Below are positions 52,396 through 62,700 of a stretch of DNA of 64,000 nt, one piece after another. How positions within the stretch are numbered: the first letter of the stretch is position 1; each line of letters begins with the position of its first letter. The position numbers and the translations under genes are program-made. The notes below the pieces were generated by a model that did not search any database, was not told where the DNA came from, and saw nothing but the letters and a program-made list of their open reading frames with translations. Source of the stretch: Amphiscolops sp. MND2022 (taxonomy: Eukaryota); the NCBI GenBank assembly GCA_964187785.1, contig OZ076409.1:14882001-14946000 (forward strand), given 5' to 3'.

Positions 52396-53440
52396 GATCG
52401 AACCGAGTTGAAATATTGAATTCGTAAACTCAGAAATTTAACAGTGTAACCGTTTTGATATTTACTAACATGAATCAAAATGAAATTGTGTCTTCCCCAA
52501 GCGGGGTAGTAGTATATATACCGCACGGGGAATGACAAGCACATTTTTTACATAATTAGCAAATCACTTGATTCCATACCTCACAGGGAAATCCCCGACT
52601 AATACATTTTTTAGGGGACAACTTAGGAATGGAATTCATAGACCGTTTATCTAAACACCAACATCAAACAACATGTCGGCTAGCATCGTGACAATTATGG
52701 TGTAAACAAACTTCACTGCTTACATATTTTACAACTATGCAAGGTGCAGGCACGTGCCGACACAAGTTCATTTCATAGCATCTTCATAAATGGAATGCAT
52801 TACGGAATTCTAATAATGTAGCTGTATTCTCAAAGCACTATTTTCAATGAACGCCCGAACAGGGACTAAGTCCATAACATGTACAGCACGAATAAGGGGG
52901 CATGGAAAAGAGGTTAAATTATCCCCTTTTGTTAGGCAAGCAACAAGATTATTTAAACTACAAATGCGTATTAAATAGCTCCGGATAAATATTGGCTCAT
53001 TTAAACAACAAAGGAAATATTATATCAGAATAGGCCGAAACCGGCCACTTGACTAAAGGGCCATTATTAGAATAGTACCGTTCAGGCAATAGGCCTTATC
53101 CGGCCATTATAAACAAAGCATTTATAATTAGCAACAGGGGAGTGCTGTGATTGGTCAGCGGCCGTACCGAAAGTCACATCGCCGAGAAGGGACGTTTTCT
53201 CACTTGAACACGTTTCCTTCTCGCGATTAACTTGCTTTTGCACTTTACCGCTTTTCACTACAAATTAACACGTCGTTATACTGCACAGTATCTACATTCT
53301 AATACAACATCTCAATTTGGATTTTCCAAATTGTAATTTAACAGACTAATATAATGCACCAATATATAAAATACATCCGGTTAACTAGAAAGTTGACAAA
53401 AATAATGATCCAATAACTATAAGTTTTAGTCAAAAGAGTT

Positions 53441-54220
53441 TTAAAATGTTGGAAGTGTACCTGGGGCGATATCTTGGCCCACTGCTGTAGTCGTTATAGG
53501 AGTTCCGTCACAGGCGGCAGCCTGCGACACTGCGGGTGTTATAAATAAAAAGGCCCCAGCATTCAACCCGTTCATATAGGCGTCTCTCCTAATCTGTGTT
53601 ATGTACTCTGGTTCGTCCCGTGATTTGGTCCTTGACACGTACCAGTCGACTTTCTCTCTTTTGATGGCATCTGCTGAATGTCCGCACACCATGCAGCCCG
53701 TGTATAAGCTTTCGCTGACGTTTTCGTACGGCAACGTGTTTTGCACGTGATATGACGCGTGAAATCCACCCATAGCATACGGCACAATAGGAGTATCTAG
53801 GCTCGGTCCCCTCTCGTGAGGTGGGGGAGACATGGGAGATTCTGCCACTGGTATGATGGTATTGCAGATTTCAATTCTTGATTTGGTAGACCTTTTCGGC
53901 GGGGCATAACACATTTCACGGTCGAAATACTTCGGGCCCAATTTCGGGGTTACATTTGCTTTGGAGCAACTTGGACCGTCTTCTTCATTGTCGTCTTCGG
54001 GTTCCTCTACAGTCATAATTCTTCCCCCAATAAGCATCGGGCTGGCAGTCACCTCTTTCTCAATTCTGGAAATCAGCTTTTCAGTATCAGTAGAATAATC
54101 GGTCTCCCATTCTGAAGCTTCGCTTTCATCGCTAGATAGGTAGATCACTGATTCTCCAGACATGTCCGAGTCTGATTCTTCCAAGTCGAAGAGTCTCTTA
54201 GCCAGATTGAATTTATTCAT
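53441..54220 (-). CDS. Accessory ORF (259 aa) of unknown function: acidic N-terminus, HxxxH...CxxC motif
   Basis: Intact ATG-to-stop ORF; homologous remnant at the same position in C. Confidence 0.7.
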   Translation of the reverse strand: MNKFNLAKRLFDLEESDSDMSGESVIYLSSDESEASEWETDYSTDTEKLISRIEKEVTASPMLIGGRIMTVEEPEDDNEEDGPSCSKANVTPKLGPKYFDREMCYAPPKRSTKSRIEICNTIIPVAESPMSPPPHERGPSLDTPIVPYAMGGFHASYHVQNTLPYENVSESLYTGCMVCGHSADAIKREKVDWYVSRTKSRDEPEYITQIRRDAYMNGLNAGAFLFITPAVSQAAACDGTPITTTAVGQDIAPGTLPTF

Positions 54221-55261
54221 TATGAATTTTTTAGCTATTTTGATGAGGATTGAGGCAACTGGTTAGAAGTAAGATTCTGAGCTGAATGAATTTATCAGTC
54301 TCGGGGTTTTAGCCGAGACGGGCCTTTTCCGAAGTTTCCAATTCAGCGGGAGAAACTTAGGTTGATCGTCTCGATTCGATGTAAACTTTTATGAATGGAA
54401 TTCTCAAATGAGCTTACGGTCTTTATTAATTGGTGTTTTACCCCTCATCTCAACAAGCATCAAAGGGGGTGTGAATAACTCTCAAGTTGTTGATATCAAA
54501 TATTTCTCTCTCAAGTGGGTAATTAACAACCTGCCTCACAGCAATTAGCGGCGTGCGACAAGAAAACTTCCCAAGATGGCTTTAGCCAATCAGAGTTAGG
54601 CTCTGATAAATTGAAAAATTAAATAATAAAATGGCGAAAATAATAAACCAAAAAATAATTCAAAATGGCGGATTTTTAACTAGAAATAACTAAGGAAACT
54701 GAACGAAAACAATAAAGTGTAACTGGTCAAACGGCCGGAATAGGCCACTAACTAAGTAGGTCGTAGATAACAAGGTTTTGTACACTTCGCTGGCAGACTC
54801 CATGTACGGAATAAATATGTAAATAATCCCATAATATTAGTCTGGTAATAATCTTCAGCCACGAACTCCAACTTCTAATTCTATTACCCCATTTCAATTC
54901 CAATTCAATTCCAATTATCATTCCATTTATTTTTCATTTGTAATTTTAATCTTCATCTCCATCTTCATCTTCATTGTCCGCTTTGTCTTTGTGTCTGTTT
55001 CGGACCTCGCCCTGCTTCATCCCCGAGCTCTTCTAATTCCCTTCTTCAACAACGTCCGGATTGGGACTTCGTCCAAAAGGCGCCTCCAACAGAATGTCTT
55101 CAAATACAGGTTGGTTTGATTTCCTTCTATTTTGAACTAGTTCAACTTGATCAGGGTTGAATTTGTTCACAAACTGCTTCCTGCCTCCACTAGTGAACGC
55201 GTGATAAAATCGTTTCACTCAAATTTTCAAAGCACTTCCGGAAGTTTTCTAATGCGGCGTA

Positions 55262-58200
55262 ATGGATTTCTTTCAAGGAAGCTTACCGCCAAATTTCATC
55301 TCTTTCTGTTTAGATAACCAGAATCTTGATGAACAACAAGTTCAAACCAGCAACGCAGCTGACAATTCTGCTGGGGCTATTCAACGCCCAGTCCCCATTT
55401 CCATGTCTGGATATGTTCCTGGGATCAATCCTTCACCGCCTCCTTTTCCTCCGATAAGGACGTTCCTCTCTCAAATGCAACAGTTGACCGCTGATTCCCC
55501 TTTTAGCAATGAAAGTAACGTTGACGTCACAGCGTATGCAGATGAGATGGTACAACGGATGGAGATTTCGCAGGGGTTAATTGGTACAGATCCTACTAAT
55601 CTTGAGGAAGAAGAGCCGTCTCTGGCACAAAGCCCAGTTGTCCAAGACGTGGGTCGCGATCCCGTTCAAGTGAGGGCCAGTACTCCTACCCCACTCGAAC
55701 AGTCAGGAACAGAAGTCGTTAGCACTTCACAACTTGTGTCTTCGTTGTCAATCGTGCCACAATCACAGTCTGGCTTCCCTGAGTTGCGCGTTCTTCAGGA
55801 CCAGACACAAGAGATGTCTGAGGCTTCCTTTTTGCAGTCTGAGGGGAATGTCTCTTCTTCAGTCACAGAACCTCCTCCACTTCCTGGGGGAAGAGACCAA
55901 ACCGAGGACATTGGCGAGTCTAGTGATATCAATCCAGCTTCAGAAAACGCCAGTCAAGTAGAATATCCCGCACTATATGTCGTGAACCCATTCGACTTGG
56001 CACAGCAATCAGAGACTGGAGGTGAATCGAGCTCGGAAACTCACGATCCAGGCCAACCGAGCACATCCAGGGCTGGCCAACCAGGTCAAAGTGATGCTTT
56101 GCGAGATTTGTCAGGGCGAAGTCGAGCCACCTTGAAACAGTACTTTGAGACTGAGGACCCTTACACCTTCCCGGTCGGACAAAGAGTGGTTGCGTTCACT
56201 GAGCCACAAGTTTACCACCTGCTCCGAGTTTTAACTGATGAGGCCATTAGCATGACCTGCTCAACTATGGAGAGGATGGTGATTGGAGCTGTCAAAGGTA
56301 CACCCGCAACTACTCCTTCAAGGACAGACAAATTCCGGACCCGAGCCCGCTCATTCACACCTGACCCCAATACATCTGTCATATCTGATTCTGAAGGGAC
56401 TTCGGCCGAATATGGACTAGGATCTGGGTCACGAGCTGACACGAGTCTGTCCCAAGACGTCAACGGTTTCCTTGATCCCAATGAGAGCGACAGTGCTACC
56501 GAAATGGCTCTCATCAATCAGGCTCTCGGAATTGCAGATTCCAGGGGATCTCCACAAACTCCCCAGCCAACACAGCCGCAGGATTCTTCTGAGGAGGGAG
56601 CTGGGACAGGGGAAAAAGATAGCCTCGATATTGCCCTCTCTGAGATCCGGAATGGGACATCCACCCAAAGGTCCCGGAAAGGCACTGCAGCTGCTAAATC
56701 AGCTAAAGCGAAAAAGGCTTCTCGGCGAGGTGTGCCCATGAGAGAAGAGTTCCTCTCTAAAATCAAGTGGACGAGATCTTTCATCTCTGGACCTTCTGAT
56801 CCCTTGCACAATCCATATATGGTATGGTGCCATATGTGTAAGAAGAACTTCAGTGTGAAAACAAAAGGCGCCGTTGAGATCCTACGCCATCACAGGACTG
56901 AAAAACATCTACGTCGGGACCAGAGTTGGAGGTACGAGCACCTCAAAACAGTAGATCACGTATCTGGAAAGGTACAACATCGTGTCAGGGGGAGGAATGG
57001 CAAGATCCTTAGCAAGAAAGAACTCGCTGATGAGTTGCGCAAATTTATACACACAGAGCTCGTCGACGCTGGGGAAAGAAATCCGTTTTATGAGGATTAC
57101 CTTCAAGGCCACACTACTGCTCCCATCTCTCCACAGTCTCGATTACGCACGCAGATATGTCTCTTGGGGGACTTTGTTCAGAGTTCAGGAGATTTGGGAC
57201 TGCTTCGAAAACTGTGGACAAGAGTTGGAAGTTATACTGAGTTTCGAACAGCCTTCCAGGACTTCAATTGGAATGAAGACCACATCATGGTAAGATTTCT
57301 CAGATGTTTTCCAAAAGGTTGAGCTAGGGGGTAGAGAAGGACCAGGAAAGTGACGACATGTTGTCCATCTAATTTTGTTCCGTTTCAGGCCATCTTCCAA
57401 CACGTCTTCAACTGTCTAATGGGAGACATAGCTGACCAGGTCTCCGCCTCCCAGCATTTCGGCGTTGAATTTGAGAAGAGAGGGGCCAACCGCCACATGT
57501 CTCTGCGATTCTGGAAAGGGACGAAACTCTGTCGAGTGTTCATCTGCAGAAGTAGTCTTGCTGGCGCTGGACTGACCGAGGAACTGGGCTCCCTAGCACG
57601 GCTGCTATCCGTTGTGTCGACTGCTCCTGACATAGTTGCCATCTCAGGTTGCGCTGTGGACCTGATCAGGACTGTGGACCAACACCCATCTTACCCGCGA
57701 GGAGTGCAGAGCTGCTTTCGCTTTGAGTTGCTTGATCTGCGCACACTGATGCATAAGAAGAGTTACAGTGTGTTTGGCAACATCGACATGTTTTCAGTCC
57801 TCCAAAGCCTCTTAGTCTCACTTGGAGGAGGTTTGTCTGAAGACTGGGTCACAGAGTCCCCTGATCTTGTCCGGGTGAGTCTAGTTTGTATATTTGATTT
57901 ACATTACACTGGTGGGGGGGTGGTAAGCAGTCTCAGTTGAGATTCCAACCCTGAGGATTACTTTGTTTAGGCAATCACCACCTGCAAATTAGAAGTAGAG
58001 AAGATTCCTGAGCTTTGCCGAATTTTGTCAAAGAAGTGGAAAACAATCCTCCGCTACCTCACAATCCACTCACCACGTCAAGAGAACCAGGGCGTGCACA
58101 ACAAGGTTATGGACTTCAAATGGCATTTCCTTTACATAAAGAAATGTTGTAGTTGCTCATCTTGCATTGTCGTTGGTGGGTAAGTCCAAAGGTGTTCACT

Positions 58201-59533
58201 CTGCTTCTTTCCTAGGTCCAGAGCTTCGAATGGTCCCTCATCGTGGACGACTTCTTTGCAGTCAAATTGGAGCTTTTCCAACGATTGGTCAACGATTGTG
58301 AGTATTCTTAATCCACCAAGGTCCCTTTGGTCCGTTGTCCTTATAAGGATCGTTGATTTGTGAATTTCAGATGTCATCAGCTTCGCCACCCATTTGAGTC
58401 AGAGACGTGATGCCTCCTTCTTCCTTTGCGGCGAGGTCTGCAAATACATCAACCGCCTCTGCTCTCGTATCTTTCAGCCTGATACCGTGCCACTGGAGAA
58501 CGCCTGGTTCTTATTGATGGATTTCCAGATGAACCAGGGCAAGTTCATGGAAGACGAGGACTTTCTGGTGCGTCTCAAGATCTCTGGCAAAGTCACTTCA
58601 GCGAGTAACTTGAAAGCAGCTGGCCTCCACTTTAACAAGAAGTCGAGTAAGGCAGCCATCAGTAAGACCGCTGATCAGGCCAAGTCAGATTTTGTGGCGA
58701 GCGCCAGAAGTTACGTCAAGTTCCTGTTGTCACAAGTCCTCCAGCATACCGAACTCAGTTCTGATCTCATCAAAGGGTTGGCAGCGTTCGACCCATACAT
58801 CCTCTTCAAAAGACCAGTGGAAGTTGCCCTACGACATTTTGATTGCTTGTACTCCACGTTCCAGTTGCGTTTCTGGGTCTCCGAGTTCAATGAGTCAGCC
58901 TGCCGAGACGAGTACGTAGCCCTATTGGACTACCTCAGAAACAACCATTCCGCTGAATTTAGTGCTGCCAATGATTCCCCTGATCTCATTGATTTCTTCA
59001 TGAATTTGGAATTCCTTCAGTCTCGAGATCATCTTTGTTATTTGTTCAAGCTAAGCTGTCTTTGTATAACAACTGTCAGTCCTGAGTATCCTCCCGTTTC
59101 CTTTGGAAGAATCAATACAGCCATGCTTCAGTCCCGTTTGGTAGACGTGATTTTACCCTGCCAGAGTTATTTATCTTCTGATCCTGATTCCTTGTTGGCC
59201 TGCTGCACTGAATCCCAGCTTGAGAGGTTCCAGCAGTTGTCTTCTACTTTCGGGCAATCCGCTTTCGCTGCCGATTATGACCCTTGGCCTTTTGTAGACG
59301 GTTTTGGTCGAACTGCTATCTACAAGTCCCTTGTCGCTTCCCACCGTTCTGTGCTTTCTGGGTCAGAATTCCAGTTCCGTAGTCCCACTCTTGCTGATAC
59401 TTCTTCCGTCAAAGATGCTCCTGCTTACAGACTGCCTAGTGACAGTAAGAGAAGACGAATGGAGAGGGCCGTTTCTCGTTCTACGGCTTCATCTGTTGGC
59501 GACGAATCCTCAGCTAGTAGCCCTAAAGACTAA
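55262..59533 (+). CDS. Antisense multi-exon gene, ~1,290 aa: long disordered N-terminus, C2H2/BED-like Zn finger, hAT-transposase-like body. Exons 55262-57289, 57389-57874, 57971-58105, 58216-58297, 58371-59533; possible extra first exon 55094-55109 spliced to 55314
   Basis: GT-AG introns of 99, 96, 110 and 73 bp join all segments in frame with no stops (third donor GTTATG is weak). WCHMCKKNFSVKTKGAVEILRHHRTEKH; HFGVEFE..MSLRFW; LIKGLAAFDP; HLCYLFKLSCLC. Confidence 0.8.
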
Positions 59534-59764
59534 ATGTACATATGTATATATGTACTCTCAAACTGTTAACTTTGTTGATTTCTTTGTTAGATAATTTCTG
59601 CATTTCTGTTTCCTTTGCCCCGTATTTATTCTTCTGAAGGGGTTTTGTTGGCTGTCCCAATTATTTATTCAAAAGATTCGCCTTGGGACTAAAAGATAAA
59701 AGATAAAAAGAGAAAAAAGGCAAAACAATTCAGGGCTAGTTTCCTGAATCGAATTTAATTTTCT

Positions 59765-62700
59765 CTAGTATCTATAGTCTTCTGAGTAGTTCGGGTTGGG
59801 GTTAGGCCTGAGGTTATATTTTCCTCCTCTAGGGCTCAGGCTTTCGTTTCTAGTATCGTTTTCAGATATTTCGGGCACGATAATATCATCCCCCCTGCTA
59901 GGAGAATTTTGTAGGTCAGTATCATTTGTTGAATTGTTCTCTGAAATGATCTTGTCTTTTTTGAGGTCATTTCCTGTATTCGGCGAATGTGTTTCGTTAG
60001 CGTTCGTTATTCCGGCCTCGTTCGGCCAATCAGATTCTTCGTTCGATGCTTCTTCGGTGACGTCATTACTTGTCGTTACGTCGTGACGTAAGCGGCCATT
60101 CCGGCTGTGCACCGCGTTGTCATTATTCATTGCTTCTCGCGTGATTATATAATCCGCGTTATTGTTGTTTGCGTCATTGTTAATTTCTGTCGTACTCGGC
60201 TGTTCGCCATTCGGGAAATTAGTCGGAATAGGCTCGTTGCCTCGCGTAACTAGCTGCTCACCAAAGTCGGTTTCCCACGTTATGACGTATAAGTCATCTT
60301 GTGGAATGACAATTTCTTCGTCTGGCTGTAGCCGTTGTTCTCGGAAATTGTCCTCAAGCGGTTGATTGGGAACAAATTTTTTCAGGCGAATTCGATGCAA
60401 AATCTGAGTTTTATTTGTATTAATCCGTCGTACGATGTAATTTTCATTTGGTAAGACTTTCTGGACTACAAATGGTCCAACCCAACGATAATCGCGGAAT
60501 GGGATTTTCGATCCTTGATGATCCGCTTTCGGCTGTAAGACAAAACAGAATTCATTCTCCTTTAATGGAGCAGCTTTTGCTTTGCGGTCATAATATTCCT
60601 TATATTTGATATATGACTGCATAATATTTTGCTTCGTTTTGTCTATTAGGGTTTTCGTCCTGTTCTGGATTTCTTCAGCAAATTCGGTTGTAGGGCTGAT
60701 CTTTTCGTTTGGATTATTTCCAAGCTTGTGATCTAGAATGTTGTAGGGAATTCGGCCATGGAATACCCTCGTTGGTTCACAACCGATGCTGGCATGGTAA
60801 CTGGTATTATGATTAAGCACTGCTAATGGCAAATATTTGTGCCATTGTCGGCGGTATTCTCCACATGCCATTTTGAGATTTGTCTTTAAGGAGGCATGGG
60901 TCCGCTCCAATTTCCCAATTGTTTGCGGGTGTTTCGTTGTCGCACATTTGAGTGTAATTCCCAAAACTTGCGTGACTTCCGTAATAATTGTAGAAGTAAA
61001 TGCAGTACCTTTATCAGTGATAAGCGTTGTTGGTAAGTACGCATGTTTTGTCATGATATCGATGAGCGCTTTTGCTACATTGATCGCTGATGCATCCGTA
61101 AGTGGATAGGCAAACAAATATCTAGAAAATACATCAATTGCCGTTAGGACGTTTTCGTATCCTCCACTTGGGGGAAGATTCGGCAATAGGTCAATTTGCA
61201 TGGCGTCTTCAGGTCCAAGGTCCCATTCGGGCAAATTTAGTAGTTCAGGCGTGATCGTTGCATTAGGGACTCTTTTGTCTCTGGCGCATTGTTCACACCC
61301 TTCTACCCACTTTTTGACGTGTTTAGCCATGCTAGGGTAGTAATACCGTTGTCTAATGTCCTGCAACATTTTTGAAATCCCGGGATGTTTATGCGCTGCC
61401 CCGTGAAGGGATTGAAGCAATTCCCGGAGTAAGTGTTGCGGGAGTAAAATTTGATGGTATTTCACATTCCCTGTTTCGTCAAAATATTGCCTCGTCAGGA
61501 TTTCGTCCTTGAGTACAATTCGTTCCAGGTTGTTTGCGTAGTGTCTATATCGGGCATCCTGTTGCAGTGTGTTTTCCGAATAGTCTTCATGAAGGAGTTT
61601 CGCCCTCAATTGTTGTAATACTGCGTCCTTGGACTGTTCAATAATAATTTGGTTAGTTTTCTTGAGTCGGACTTGTATGTCTAGTTGTTGTTTCACTAGG
61701 TTCGTTGACAGAGTTTCTATTGTAATAGTGGGCTCATCAGTCATTGGGTTTTTCCTGATTGCTTCTTTTCTTGCCCAATAATGTTCCTCTGTCTCGTCGT
61801 CATCATTCGTATAGAATATCTGCTCTTCCTGTGATACCCCCGCAGATTGGACATTTATCTCAATGGGTAATGTTTGTACATCTTCCCGGATTTTCATGAC
61901 CAATTTGTCCTTCGGGTCTGCCTCCAATCGGGACAGATAATCTGCGGCTGTATTTTGTGCCCCCGGGATATGCGCTATGACGAAATTAAACTGAATCACA
62001 TAATCACACGCATTCCAGAGTGCTGGGGGTATAATTTTCGTCTGGAAGAATCTTGTTACAGCCTTATTGTCAGTAAGGATTATGACCGGTTTGGGCGCAC
62101 CCCAAAATATATGCCCAAATTCTTTGAATGCAAAGTAAATTGCTAGAAACTCCTTGGCGTATATTGACATCTTGATTTGAGCTGGGGTGAAGGTTTTTGA
62201 GCCATATGCCACCGGTGCATAGGATTTTCGAAGGGAAGTAAATTTCTGGTTTGGGTCATCTTCTATGAGTACTGCATACCCAGCTGCACCAAAACTTGCA
62301 TCAGTCATTAGTGCAATCTGCTTGTTTGGAATGGGTTGTTGTAAGGCCAAGTCGCAGCATTTGTCGAGTGCCTTATTGATTTCTTCAAATTGTTGGACTA
62401 ATTCTTTCGATACTAGGACCTTTTCGTCACTTTTCAGCATCTTGTAGAATGGGGCAAGGCGTTCTGAGAGTCTTGGGACATAGTTTCTATAGTAATTCAA
62501 GAATCCCAAATAACGTTGTAAAGCCTTTTTCGACTTCGGGAATTTGGTCTTTTCCAGAAAGTTTTGAACGTTTTGCTTTTGGGGTTTAACGCCTTGTGGA
62601 GTAATTGTTCGTCCAAGAAAATCAATTTCTCTGGCACCAAAATGGCATTTGTGCATGGTTAACTTAAGGCCTGCTTCCTGTATGCATTTGAATGTTGCTC

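Noticed and set aside
58180..58215. Alternative intron using the strong GTAAGT donor at 58180
   Set aside because: It would be only 36 nt and out of phase with the next exon; the donor at 58106 keeps the frame.
53441..59533. env gene of an errantivirus-like element
   Set aside because: No signal peptide, furin site or transmembrane anchor; the large gene is antisense and spliced.
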